The notes under the pieces: generated by a model | Seen by the model: only the letters and a program-made list of their open reading frames with translations | Told to the model about the DNA's origin: nothing | Database searches by the model: none | Translations under genes and position numbers: made by a program | In this document: piece by piece, positions 15,862 to 25,555 of the stretch | Position numbering within the stretch: position 1 is the stretch's first letter | How the letters are laid out: each line of letters opens with the position of its first letter | Assembly (NCBI GenBank): GCA_964533435.1 | Contig: CAZHLU010000001.1 | Span: 1-50,368, forward strand | Length of the DNA: 50,368 nt | Direction: 5' to 3' | From: an uncultured Gammaproteobacteria bacterium | GTDB taxonomy: Bacteria; Patescibacteriota; Patescibacteriia; UBA1558; GWA2-36-10

Positions 15862-18585
15862 TTAATTTAAATCTTTTAATTCACCCCAATTTTTACCAAT
15901 TTCCAGATCAGCAATCAAGGGTATATTTAGACGATGAATATTTTCCATAGTGTTTTTTACAAATTCAGCCACCTTTTTTACATCATTATCAGGCACCTCG
16001 ATTACTAATTCGTCGTGTACTTGTAGTACTAGTTTAGATTTTGGACTAATACTGTTTAGTTTTTGATGAATAGCAATCATGGCCATTTTCATTAGGTCAG
16101 CCGCTGTGCCTTGTAAAGGCATATTAATAGCCATGCGTTCAGCAGCACTTTTGAGCATGGGCATAGAAGAGTGAATATCCGGTAAATAGCGACGCCTACC
16201 AAAAATAGTTTGAGCATAACCATATTTACTAGCAAATGTTTTGGTATGGTCTAAATACTCTTTTATTTTTTTATAAATACTAAAATATTTATTAATAAAT
16301 TCCTTAGCTTCATTTCTATTTAAACCTGTGCGCTGGGCAAGACCTAAAGAGCCTAGTCCGTAGAGTACACCAAAGTTTACTTCTTTGGCTGTGCGCCTGA
16401 TTTCTTTAGTGACTTGTTCTAAAGGAATTTTATGAATTTCAGCAGCGGTGCGAGCATGAATATCTTCGCCTTTTTTAAAACTAGCCATCATCTTAGGGTC
16501 TTGCGATAAAGCAGCGGCTAGTCTTAGTTCAATTTGAGAATAATCAGCCGATATTAAGCTAAAGCCAGGTGGAGCAATAAAAGCTTGTCTGATTTTTTTA
16601 CCAAGTTCAGTACGTATGGGGATGTTTTGTAAATTAGGATCAGAAGACGATAAACGACCAGTAGCAGTAACAGTTTGATTAAAACTAGTATGTAAACGGC
16701 CACTATTTTTATCTACTAGCAGGGGCAAGGCTCTAATATAAGTGGTTTGTAATTTAGTTAGTTCGCGGTACTCAGAAATCAAAGGAATAATAGGATGTAG
16801 ATCCATCATTTTATCAAGTTCGGCAGCTGCGGTTGAAATTCCAGTTTTAGTTTTTTTAATACCAGCGACACTAATCTTTAAATCTTCAAATAATATTTTT
16901 TTAAGCTGTAAAGGTGAGCTAATATTAAATTGGCTACCGGCTAGTTTAAATATTTTTTCACTAATTTTAGCAATATCCTGATCAAATTTTTTCTCCATAA
17001 TGTGCAAAAATTTTTGATCTAGTAGTACGCCATTTATTTCCATGTCAGCCAGAGTGGTTACTAGGGGCATTTCAATATTTTGTAATAATTCTAAATTTTT
17101 ATTATCTTTAATAATTGGTAATAGTTTTTGGTAAAGTCTTAAAGTAATATCAGCGTCTTCAGCTGCGTACCAACCCAATTTATCCAAAGGAATATTAGCA
17201 GTGACAATTGTTTTTTTCTGCTCAGCCTCTGACACCAAATCATTTAATTTTAATTTACGATAGCCAAGGTAGGAAAAACTTAATTCTTCTAAACGTAAAC
17301 CGCGGTTAGGGTTGATTAAGTAGGCGGCGATCATGGTATCGAAATATAAGCCTTTAGTTTCTATGCCTAATAATTTTAAGACCTTAAAATCAAATTTTAT
17401 ATTATGACCAATTTTTTGAATTTTATCATCTTCTAAAATTGGTTTTATGTCTTTTAGTACCTGTTGTTTAAATTTTTCTTCTGTTAAGGAAATAAAATAA
17501 GCAGTCCCTGAGGTCCAAGCTAAAGATAAGCCTAGAATTTTTTCTTGGAAAATATCTAAACCAGTAGTTTCAGTGTCTAGAGCAAATATTTTTTGCGTTT
17601 TTAATTCAGTTAATAGTTTTTGCCACTCAGTAAGAGTGGTAATTATTTTATAATTTTCGCTAGTAGTTTTAGCTTGGCTATGGATGCTAAAATTTAGCTG
17701 TTGGTTTAAAGGAATTTTTTTGAGTAAAGAACTAAATTCAAATTTTTGAAAAATTTTATAAACCTCATTAGCATCGTATTGATTCCATGTGGCCTTGTTC
17801 AGGTCTATTTCAATCGGTACGTCAGTAACAATGGTGACTAATCTCTTGCTTAGAGTTGCTTCGGTCTGATATTTGATTAATAATTCCCGGGTACGATCTT
17901 TGATGCTAGGGCTATTTATTTTTTTGTAAAGATTTTCAAGGCTCACAAATTCTTTGATTAAATCACTGGCCCCTTTTTCACCAATGCCTTTGACACCCTT
18001 AATATTATCAGAGTTATCTCCTTGTAAAGCTTTAAAATCAATTAGCTGTTCTGGTTTTAAACCGTAGCGCTCTATTACAGCTGCTTCATCGTAAATAACA
18101 GTATCATTAAAACCTCTTTTTAAAGTTAAAACTTTTGTTCGCTTATTTACTAATTGGAGAGCATCTAAATCACCAGTAACAATAATAGTTTGTACTTCTG
18201 GATTTTTTTCATAAGTAGTTTTAGCAATAGTACCAATGACGTCATCAGCCTCAAAGCCTTCTTTAGTAATAACCGGTATATGAAAAGCCTCCAAAACCTC
18301 CTTGGCTAGTGGTATTTGATCATAAAACTCTTGCGCTTGTTTTACGCGTTGCGCTTTATAGTCTGTATATTCATGGTGACGAAAAGTTTTACCAGCCAAA
18401 TCAAAAGCAGCGATAATATAATCTGGTTTAAGCTCAGTTATGATTTTTAATAACAGCGAAGTAAAGCCATAAACAGCATTTACCATTAAACCGTCTTTGG
18501 TAGATAGTGCGGGAATAGCATGCCAGGCACGATGCATTAAGGCATTGGAGTCGATAATTACTAGTTTTTTGTTATTTTTGGCCAT
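15862..18585 (-). CDS. polA: DNA polymerase I
   Basis: 907 aa. 5'-3' exonuclease N-terminus, DYSQIELR (motif A), RRTAKEVNFGVLYG (motif B), QVHDELV (motif C). Confidence 0.95.
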   Translation of the reverse strand: MAKNNKKLVIIDSNALMHRAWHAIPALSTKDGLMVNAVYGFTSLLLKIITELKPDYIIAAFDLAGKTFRHHEYTDYKAQRVKQAQEFYDQIPLAKEVLEAFHIPVITKEGFEADDVIGTIAKTTYEKNPEVQTIIVTGDLDALQLVNKRTKVLTLKRGFNDTVIYDEAAVIERYGLKPEQLIDFKALQGDNSDNIKGVKGIGEKGASDLIKEFVSLENLYKKINSPSIKDRTRELLIKYQTEATLSKRLVTIVTDVPIEIDLNKATWNQYDANEVYKIFQKFEFSSLLKKIPLNQQLNFSIHSQAKTTSENYKIITTLTEWQKLLTELKTQKIFALDTETTGLDIFQEKILGLSLAWTSGTAYFISLTEEKFKQQVLKDIKPILEDDKIQKIGHNIKFDFKVLKLLGIETKGLYFDTMIAAYLINPNRGLRLEELSFSYLGYRKLKLNDLVSEAEQKKTIVTANIPLDKLGWYAAEDADITLRLYQKLLPIIKDNKNLELLQNIEMPLVTTLADMEINGVLLDQKFLHIMEKKFDQDIAKISEKIFKLAGSQFNISSPLQLKKILFEDLKISVAGIKKTKTGISTAAAELDKMMDLHPIIPLISEYRELTKLQTTYIRALPLLVDKNSGRLHTSFNQTVTATGRLSSSDPNLQNIPIRTELGKKIRQAFIAPPGFSLISADYSQIELRLAAALSQDPKMMASFKKGEDIHARTAAEIHKIPLEQVTKEIRRTAKEVNFGVLYGLGSLGLAQRTGLNRNEAKEFINKYFSIYKKIKEYLDHTKTFASKYGYAQTIFGRRRYLPDIHSSMPMLKSAAERMAINMPLQGTAADLMKMAMIAIHQKLNSISPKSKLVLQVHDELVIEVPDNDVKKVAEFVKNTMENIHRLNIPLIADLEIGKNWGELKDLN

Positions 18586-18696
18586 TATTTTTAAATAAAT
18601 TCTTATTTTATAATAGCATTTATAGGGGTTTAGACAAGGGCGTAAATATTGACTTTTTATGATTTTATTATATAATAGGGTAGTTATTTAAAATGA

Positions 18697-18773
18697 GCGG
18701 GTGTAGTTCAGTTGGCTAGAACGTTTCCTTGCCAAGGAAAAGGTCGCCGGTTCGAACCCGGTCACCCGCTCCA
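18697..18773 (+). tRNA. tRNA-Gly (GCC)
   Basis: Manual cloverleaf: acceptor GCGGGTG/CACCCGC, anticodon loop TTGCCAA, T-loop TTCGAAC, encoded CCA. Confidence 0.9.
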
Positions 18774-18894
18774 ATTTTCGATATGCTCAGGTTGTCGATT
18801 ATATCTTAAATAACGTTATAAATTGGTTAAACATGGCTTAAGCAAGCGGAGCGCGCCGAAGGGTCACTTCGCTCCAATTTATGTAACTTAGTTA

Positions 18895-18981
18895 GCCGGC
18901 GTGGTGAAATTGGTAGACACGCAGGACTTAAAATCCTGTACCCGTAAGGGTGTGTCGGTTCGATTCCGACCGCCGGTACCA
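18895..18981 (+). tRNA. tRNA-Leu (TAA)
   Basis: Acceptor GCCGGCG/CGCCGGT, anticodon loop CTTAAAA, long variable arm TACCCGTAAGGGTG, T-loop TTCGATT, CCA. Confidence 0.9.
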
Positions 18982-19428
18982 CTCGATTCGTCTTTTGTAA
19001 AACAAAAGACTCACTCGTGGTTTCGGGTGTTTATAAAACACCCTCAACCATTAATCAACAAAAATTGAGTGTCCTGAGCGAAGTCGAAGTACATAAACGA
19101 ATTATAAAGAAGCCTTTGGGGCTTTTTTTGTTTGTCTTGACAATATTTAGATAAATTGTTATGGTAAAAATATAAGTAAATATTATGAATAATTTAAATC
19201 GTTTAGCTAATTATTGGGCTCATCCCACTATGAAATCCGGTTTTGAAGACCAGGGCGTCATTTTAGCTTTGTTTAGCCTAGGCGGTTTTAAGATGAATTG
19301 TTAAATATTATATAATAATTGCATTTAAAGAACGCCTTGGCTAGCTAAAGTCCAAGGCGTTTTTGTATAAACTCAAGGCTTAGCTAGATTTGTACCTTGA
19401 CAATGCAAAGGCGGAAAGGGGAAAACTT

Positions 19429-20619
19429 ATGGTAAACAGGACAATCAAAATTTATTTACTACTTGCTTTTGCCAGTAAGCTTAGTGTAGCGTTTAGCTTT
19501 ACTACTTATGTGATGTTTTTGCTTAGTCGTGGTTTAAGCATTTTTGAAACCAGTCTAGTTAATATGGTTTTTTATGCAACTTTGTTTATTTTTGAAATTC
19601 CAACCGGAGCTCTGGCTGACGTTTTTGGTCGTAAATTTTCTTTTGTGCTATCTTGCTATTTGACAGCCTTGGGTTTATTTTTCTATTACCTATCGGGGTC
19701 ATTTTGGGGTTTTGCGCTAGCAGAGGCAACAATTGCTATTGGTTATACTTTTGCCAGCGGTGCTTTTCAAGCGTGGTTGGTAGATAAACTAGGTTATCAT
19801 GATTTTAATGGTGAGTTGAAAAAAGTTTTTGCTAAAGAACAGGTGCTTAGTAATAGTGCTGTAATTATTGGTGGATTGATTGGTGCTTATGTTGGTAAAT
19901 TAAATTTGGCTTGGCCTTGGTTAGTGGCTGCTTGTGGTATGGCAGTAGTTGGTGTTAGTGCACAACTGCTTATGAAAGAAGAATATTTTAAAAAACAAAA
20001 AATTTCTTGGATCTTAGGTTGGCAATCATTAAAACAAGTAGTGCAATCTAGTTGGCAGGCTGGAGTAAAGAGTAAGCCAGTTAGATTCTTGATCCTTTTG
20101 GGGACAGTGCAATATTTTGCTGTGCAAGCTCCTAATATGCAATGGCAGCCTTACTTTTCTAGAACTTTTCATATTAGTAGTCAGTATTTAGGCTGGATTT
20201 TTAGCGGGGTTTCAATTTTTATGATGCTTGGATCATTACTAGCTCCTTATTTTGCTCATCGGGTTAAGCAAGAAAAAAGAGTTTTGTTATTGTCACAAGC
20301 CATGATTGGCACTAGTTTGATTCTAGCTTCGTTTACTCAGATGTTTAGTACAGCTTTATTGTTTTTTTGGCTGCATGAATTTGGGAGAGGCTTATTTAAG
20401 CCCTTAAAAGATCAGTATTTAAATGATGCTATTGAGTCGCCACAATTAAGAGCAACACTTATTTCTTTTGAGTCAATGTCACATCATATCGGCGGTCTAT
20501 TTGGGTTGTTTGTAGGTGGTTTGTTAGCTCAAGTTTTTGGAATTCAAATAGCTTGGTTAGCCTCAGGTTTACTACTATTAAGTATGTCCTGGTTGTTATC
20601 AAAAAACGGCCACGCCTAA
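19429..20619 (+). CDS. MFS transporter
   Basis: About 12 predicted TM helices with a GALADVFGRK motif between TM2 and TM3. Start placed at the ATG after GGAAAGGGG; the ORF is open from 19390. Confidence 0.8.
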   Translation: MVNRTIKIYLLLAFASKLSVAFSFTTYVMFLLSRGLSIFETSLVNMVFYATLFIFEIPTGALADVFGRKFSFVLSCYLTALGLFFYYLSGSFWGFALAEATIAIGYTFASGAFQAWLVDKLGYHDFNGELKKVFAKEQVLSNSAVIIGGLIGAYVGKLNLAWPWLVAACGMAVVGVSAQLLMKEEYFKKQKISWILGWQSLKQVVQSSWQAGVKSKPVRFLILLGTVQYFAVQAPNMQWQPYFSRTFHISSQYLGWIFSGVSIFMMLGSLLAPYFAHRVKQEKRVLLLSQAMIGTSLILASFTQMFSTALLFFWLHEFGRGLFKPLKDQYLNDAIESPQLRATLISFESMSHHIGGLFGLFVGGLLAQVFGIQIAWLASGLLLLSMSWLLSKNGHA

Positions 20620-20623
20620 GAAG

Positions 20624-20655
20624 CAAGCGGGGAGATTACATCAAACCGCTTTTTA
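20624..20655. repeat. terminator-hairpin direct repeat, copy 1
   Basis: CAAGCGGGGAGATTACATCAAACCGCTTTTTA. 31/32 identical to 21539-21570. Confidence 0.8.
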
Positions 20656-20739
20656 AATTGACAAAAATGTGTAGTGATAATATACTAGGGCATAACTTTG
20701 TTCACTGACAAGTTACTTAAAAACCTAGGAGGTAGGACA

Positions 20740-21503
20740 ATGAAATGGCCACAATCCTTGATTTTGATTAGGCACGATGTATCAAGTTATAATATTTTGA
20801 AACAATTGAAAGAGAACGATCCCTTGTATCAAGAGTTTGTAAGATCTTTTGAAGCTAATTCTAATTGTAAGAAGACGCGCAGACTTGCTAGGAAAGTAGC
20901 AAGTAAATTTGCCTTGGGTGTTAGTGATCAGGATACTACTTTAGCATCAGAAGATGATAGTCGGGGCTTGCTAGTTGGACAAGCTTTACGTGCTAGCAAT
21001 CCGTTGCCAGATATCGTATATCTTTCGCCCTATGCGCGGGTACTTGCTACTTTTGAACGCATTTGTCAGAGTTGGCTAGTGTTGCTCGTTTGGAAGATGA
21101 GCGTTTGCGCGAACAAGAGCATGGCTTGGCTACGCTTTATAATGACTGGCGAGTGTTTCATACTTTTTTCCCAGAGCAGGCAAAATTTTATGCTATGCAA
21201 GGATCCTATTGGTATCGTTATCCGCAAGGTGAAAATATTCCCGATGTTCGTTTGCGTAATAATATTTGGATCAGTACTTTGATCAGAGAGTTTTCTGAAA
21301 AACGTGTCTTGGTCGTTACTCATCATTTGAATATTTTGGCAACACGAGCCAATCTAGAGAGATTGTCAGCTGACGAATTTATTTCTTTGGATGAAAATGA
21401 AAAACCAATCAATCTGGGTGTTACTACTTATTGTGGCAATCCTAATATTGGTCGCGATGGCCGTCTGGAACTAGCAAGTTACAACCAGGCTCTATGGAAA
21501 TGA
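20740..21503 (+). pseudogene. histidine phosphatase (phosphoglycerate-mutase family), interrupted by a frameshift near 21057-21072
   Basis: LIRHDVS (RHG motif) in frame 1 continues as LEDERLREQEHG...VVTHHLNI in the -1 frame. Frame 1 turns Cys/Trp-rich nonsense after ATFERI. Has TTGACA-17-TATACT (20658-20686) and an AGGAGG SD. Confidence 0.7.
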
Positions 21504-21538
21504 TTTTTTAGGAAAGGTTTTTGAGAGACAAGATCTAA

Positions 21539-21570
21539 CAAGCGGGGAGATTATATCAAACCGCTTTTTA
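21539..21570. repeat. terminator-hairpin direct repeat, copy 2
   Basis: CAAGCGGGGAGATTATATCAAACCGCTTTTTA. Confidence 0.8.
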
Positions 21571-21579
21571 TTTTTTTAA

Positions 21580-21690
21580 AACAAAAAACAACCTAGTACT
21601 AGATTGTCTATTGGAGACCGCTCTTCAATCCGTCTCCGCCAGTGGGCGGATGGTGGATTTAGGGCAAGCTCATTAAAAATTTAGTTTTTT
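21580..21690. repeat. att-like direct repeat (distal copy) of the tRNA-Cys island
   Basis: AACAAAAAACAACC...GTCTATTGGAGACCGC...GGGCAAGCTCATTAAAAATTTAG aligns with 24522-24612. Carries an extra G+C-rich hairpin at 21629-21657. Confidence 0.7.
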
Positions 21691-21700
21691 AATGTTAATA

Positions 21701-22006
21701 TTAGATTTGATCTTTTACTAAGTTTTCTAATAAAGGTTTTATTATTTTTTCTAATATGTCTTCATCAGAAAACATTTCTCCCAATTTTTGCAAAAATTCT
21801 TGTCTTTCTATTTCATTTATTTCTTCCCAAGGGTTGAATTTTAGATGTTTTTCAAGCTCAATAGGTGTATCAATACTTTTTTGATCAAAATCAATTCTAA
21901 TACATTTTACTTCGAGCGCTCTTTCTTTACCAATGTAAGGGATGTCATCTTTATTTATTAGTAAAATTTGTTGCGACAGTTTTGCTATAGGGTAAATTTC
22001 ATTCAT
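21701..22006 (-). CDS. small acidic protein (immunity-like), unknown function
   Basis: 101 aa. Starts 1 nt after the stop of the upstream 440-aa gene. Last gene of the island operon. Confidence 0.55.
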   Translation of the reverse strand: MNEIYPIAKLSQQILLINKDDIPYIGKERALEVKCIRIDFDQKSIDTPIELEKHLKFNPWEEINEIERQEFLQKLGEMFSDEDILEKIIKPLLENLVKDQI

Positions 22007-22007
22007 A

Positions 22008-23330
22008 TTAAAATTCGATTAATTCAATTTTTGATTCTGGATGTTGTTTTTTATATTCATTAAAAATACGGCGTATTTCTTGTATTTGTTCTGGAGTTAA
22101 ACTGTTATTAACAGAGATATGTATAGATTCAATATCTTCCATAGTTAACTGATTGTGAAATTGAGCTTCAGTATAATCATAAGCCCAGACGCTAGACCTG
22201 ACAAGGTTTTTTCCTTCGGGGTCAACTAGTTTTTTATAGTCAAAATAATAACTTTCTATATCTAAACTCGTAAAGTGTGGTTTAATAGCCGGTGTTGGTG
22301 GCCAATGGTTTTGAGGGCCAAGGCTATCATGAAAGGTGATAGTTGCCTTTTTTAGGGCATTTGATTTTTTGATCTTAAAATTTATAGCTCCGTACCAATT
22401 GACATTTGTAGGAGGTGGTATTTTGCCAACTCCATTAATAGCGCCGTGTGTTTCATCAGAAAAATAACCATAAATTGGTCGATGTTCTTTATCTTTTTCT
22501 AAGTCATCAAGAAAGCCAAACATGGCATTTTCCGCCCTAGCTCTATATTCTGGATTAAGTGTTCCTTGGCTAGTATGAGTTTCAAATTGGCTTTTCCAAC
22601 GACCATCAACATTTAGTATTCTTTCGAAAACATTAAAATGAGTAGCTCTAAAAAAGTCTGATTGCCCAACCATTTCTTCTACTTTAGCTTGTAGAATAGT
22701 TTTAAAATCTTCAACACTAATACCAAGATCAGCGGCAGCTCTTTCATAGGCTCTAGCATGTCTTTTTTCGGCAGCTAGTATATTTTGGCGGATCGTTTCT
22801 TTTAATTCGGCGTTACCCTCAATTTCTAAATCATCCCAATTTTCAAAATAATTATAGGTAGCAATAGATTCATAATTTCCACGATCAGTTTTTTCCGCAG
22901 TAGTGTTATTTGTGTCTGCTATTTCAGTCATAGTAGCGGAGACGCTTGATTCAGCTATTTCTTCAGCAATTTCAGCTAAGACTGTACTAACGCTCGGTTC
23001 AATCTTTTTTGGTTTTTGAGTCTTGGTCTCTTCTTCTGGTTTCATATCGGCTTCTATCTCGGCAATTTTAGCTAAGATAGCGGAGGCGCTGGGCTCTACT
23101 TCTTCGTCTGTTCTGGCTTCAACGTTTTTTTCAGAAGTAGTATCATCTAAGTCTGCTATTTCAGTTATAGTAGCAGAGGCGCTTGGTTCAGCTATTTCTT
23201 CCTCTGTAGTATGTCTTACGTCACTAATTTTAGCCCTAAAGGCTTTTAGTATTCCTCGAGCTAAACGATCAATCTCAGTAGTCTTTATTTTAGTATCTAC
23301 AGTTTTTGGTAGAGCAATTTTTTCAAGCAT
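22008..23330 (-). CDS. repeat-containing protein with DUF3626-like C-terminal domain
   Basis: 440 aa. Four acidic EPSASA(T/I)xxEIA-type repeats. The C-terminal ~290 aa has KSQFETHTSQGTL, RPIYGYF and TFHDSLG, recalling the DUF3626 signature (from memory). Confidence 0.6.
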   Translation of the reverse strand: MLEKIALPKTVDTKIKTTEIDRLARGILKAFRAKISDVRHTTEEEIAEPSASATITEIADLDDTTSEKNVEARTDEEVEPSASAILAKIAEIEADMKPEEETKTQKPKKIEPSVSTVLAEIAEEIAESSVSATMTEIADTNNTTAEKTDRGNYESIATYNYFENWDDLEIEGNAELKETIRQNILAAEKRHARAYERAAADLGISVEDFKTILQAKVEEMVGQSDFFRATHFNVFERILNVDGRWKSQFETHTSQGTLNPEYRARAENAMFGFLDDLEKDKEHRPIYGYFSDETHGAINGVGKIPPPTNVNWYGAINFKIKKSNALKKATITFHDSLGPQNHWPPTPAIKPHFTSLDIESYYFDYKKLVDPEGKNLVRSSVWAYDYTEAQFHNQLTMEDIESIHISVNNSLTPEQIQEIRRIFNEYKKQHPESKIELIEF

Positions 23331-23334
23331 ATTT

Positions 23335-24468
23335 TTATCTATAAGTGATTTTCCAGCCCATTACATAAGAGGTGTCAGCTCTTGATTCTAATATTAATTC
23401 ATCATCGGCTTCAATTTTTCCATTTTCAAGATGAGGCCCACCAGCGATTATGCCTTGGGGAGGTATATTTGCATTTTTTATAAACCATTCAGTGTTATTA
23501 TTTTTTGCTCTTTTTAATCCCACCCAAAGTTTTGCCCATCCTAAGCGAGTGTTGCGGTAAGTTTCCGGGTTAAGGTGATCCAAGTATTCAGTATCGCCAA
23601 TAGCAATTTCCACGTTTAGTAATTCTTTGCCGGGCTCTAATTTTATAATTAGTTTACCATTTTCTATTCTAGCATCTGGTCCAGGATCGCTAGCAGTTTC
23701 AAATAAAGGAGGCTTTGTTTGATTTAGAGGTATAGAGCCTACATATCTTCCTTCATTAAATTCACCAGCTCCATATCTTGGTAGTAATTCGTTTTTTTGT
23801 AAATCTACAAATTTAGTCCCTTCTGTATATATGCGTTGGTTAGAATCAACTGACTCAACATCTGGGTAGAATACTACTTCAATTCCATGTATATTGGACA
23901 CGCTGTATTCGGGACTCTTGCCTACATTAGTAAGCCGAACAGCGTCGGCCATAATTTTACCAACTGTTGCTATCCAATCATGTAAAACTTCTTCTTCGGG
24001 GTTACCTGCTTCTCTGGTCTCGGCAAATTTATCAGTTCTGTATCCAGCTGGGTCTTTCCATTCTAGCCATCTTTGTTCGTTAATATCGTGTAATTCTACA
24101 CGACTATAAGCTCCATTTGGGTCATATCCATCTGGACCGATATCTACAGTATATTTATGATTTTTTCTATGTCTCAAAATCACATCTCTAATGATGCGTC
24201 TCTTAAATTCAGCTGGTATTTTAAAAAGTAATTGGCGACCAGGCTTTAATTCTCGGCCTTCATATTCTGGCACTGGGAAAGAAATTCTAGTGTATGAGTC
24301 AATTTCTGGTTTATCAAAAACCAAATCAATGCTTGGATCATTAAATTCGGTAGCCTCTAAAGCGGCCTTAGTTTTATCTGATAGGTCATCTAAAATATTA
24401 GCAAAAGACTGGTCTTTTGGAGATAGGCCTGCTTGTATTTTGATGCTATCTGGCATTTCAGTGCTCAT
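23335..24468 (-). CDS. hypothetical 377-aa protein
   Basis: First gene of the island operon. TTGCTT-17-TATTAT promoter on the minus strand at 24483-24511. No family recognised. Confidence 0.55.
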   Translation of the reverse strand: MSTEMPDSIKIQAGLSPKDQSFANILDDLSDKTKAALEATEFNDPSIDLVFDKPEIDSYTRISFPVPEYEGRELKPGRQLLFKIPAEFKRRIIRDVILRHRKNHKYTVDIGPDGYDPNGAYSRVELHDINEQRWLEWKDPAGYRTDKFAETREAGNPEEEVLHDWIATVGKIMADAVRLTNVGKSPEYSVSNIHGIEVVFYPDVESVDSNQRIYTEGTKFVDLQKNELLPRYGAGEFNEGRYVGSIPLNQTKPPLFETASDPGPDARIENGKLIIKLEPGKELLNVEIAIGDTEYLDHLNPETYRNTRLGWAKLWVGLKRAKNNNTEWFIKNANIPPQGIIAGGPHLENGKIEADDELILESRADTSYVMGWKITYR

Positions 24469-24521
24469 AAGCGTGTGTATATATAATACAAATGTTTTAA
24501 ATTTTAAGCAAATATTTATTT

Positions 24522-24612
24522 AACAAAAAACAACCCTATTCAGGATGTCTATTGGAGGCCACCCTTCGACTTCGCTCAGGGCAAGCTCGTAAAAAATTTA
24601 GTTTATTTTTAA
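24522..24612. repeat. att-like direct repeat (proximal copy) with a tRNA-Cys 3'-end duplicate
   Basis: CTATTGGAGGCCAC (24549-24562) is identical to 24647-24660, the tRNA-Cys 3' end plus 4 nt. Confidence 0.75.
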
Positions 24613-24650
24613 TAAAAAAGTTATTGTTTTATTTTTGGCATTATTACTAT

Positions 24651-24724
<74 letters not shown>

Positions 24725-24766
24725 TTATTCTATTTTAGTGCAGGTAATTTAGCAGATTTTTATATT

Positions 24767-25555
24767 TTAAGCAACCTTAAGCTTTTTAAGTTCTTTAAGT
24801 AATAATGGATTAAGCTGTCTATTGCTAGCTAAAACTGAAGTAGAATCTTTAGACCAGGTTTTGCCCTGCCAATCAGTAATCATACCACCGGCCGCTTTAA
24901 CTAACATGATACCAGGAGCAACGTCCCAAATTTTTGGTCCAGAAACAATTAAGCTATCAATATTACCACTAGCTACCATGGCTAGTTCTAGGCTAGTGCT
25001 GCCAAAGTGTCGACAGTCATGCGTATTTAAATGATAGTATTCGTAAGCTTTAAAAGCTTTTTTATTGTCGGCTAAAGAACTGCCGTGGCAATAACACATA
25101 AAAATATCTTTAGTATTTTTATGTTTAGCAACTTCTAATTTATGTCCATTTTTGTAAGCTTTTTTATGTGTAGCCCAATATAATTCTTTTAGCATTGGCA
25201 CATAGATAACGCTCATGACTAATTTGTGATCATGCATTAAAGCGATGGCTACAGTAAACAAAGGATTATGAATAGCAAAATTATTAGTACCATCTAATGG
25301 ATCGATAATCCATTGATATTCTGAAGACTGATGATTGGCACCAAATTCTTCTGATAAAAAATTTATTTTAGAAAAACGTTTTTTTAATGTAGTTAAAATA
25401 ATTTTTTCAGATTGTTTATCGCATTTGGTGACTAGTTCGTGGCGGCTTTTATGAGTAGCATTGTTGCGTTGAAATTTATTAAATTCTTTAGCTAAATATT
25501 CACCAGCTTCTACGGCGGCATATTTGGCTTGTTCTAATTCTAACTTGTATATCAT
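24767..25555 (-). CDS. inositol monophosphatase family protein
   Basis: WIIDPLDGTNNF and GSTSLELAMVASG motifs. Confidence 0.85.
   Translation of the reverse strand: MIYKLELEQAKYAAVEAGEYLAKEFNKFQRNNATHKSRHELVTKCDKQSEKIILTTLKKRFSKINFLSEEFGANHQSSEYQWIIDPLDGTNNFAIHNPLFTVAIALMHDHKLVMSVIYVPMLKELYWATHKKAYKNGHKLEVAKHKNTKDIFMCYCHGSSLADNKKAFKAYEYYHLNTHDCRHFGSTSLELAMVASGNIDSLIVSGPKIWDVAPGIMLVKAAGGMITDWQGKTWSKDSTSVLASNRQLNPLLLKELKKLKVA

Noticed and set aside
20698-21503. Treating 20698-21282 and 21063-21503 as two genes, or as a programmed frameshift.
   Set aside because: The two frames encode the N- and C-halves of one histidine phosphatase. There is no X XXY YYZ slippery heptamer or downstream structure at the junction, so a mutational or assembly indel is more likely. 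The SD and ATG at 20740 are preferred to the tracked TTG start at 20698.
996-24590. Recurring CAAGCGG / GGGCAAGC strings (996-1003, 18843-18850, 20624-20630, 21539-21545, 21671-21678, 24581-24588) as a common recombination core.
   Set aside because: They are short (7-8 nt), partly explained by the duplicated hairpins and att-like repeats already described, and their contexts do not otherwise align. This could be chance.
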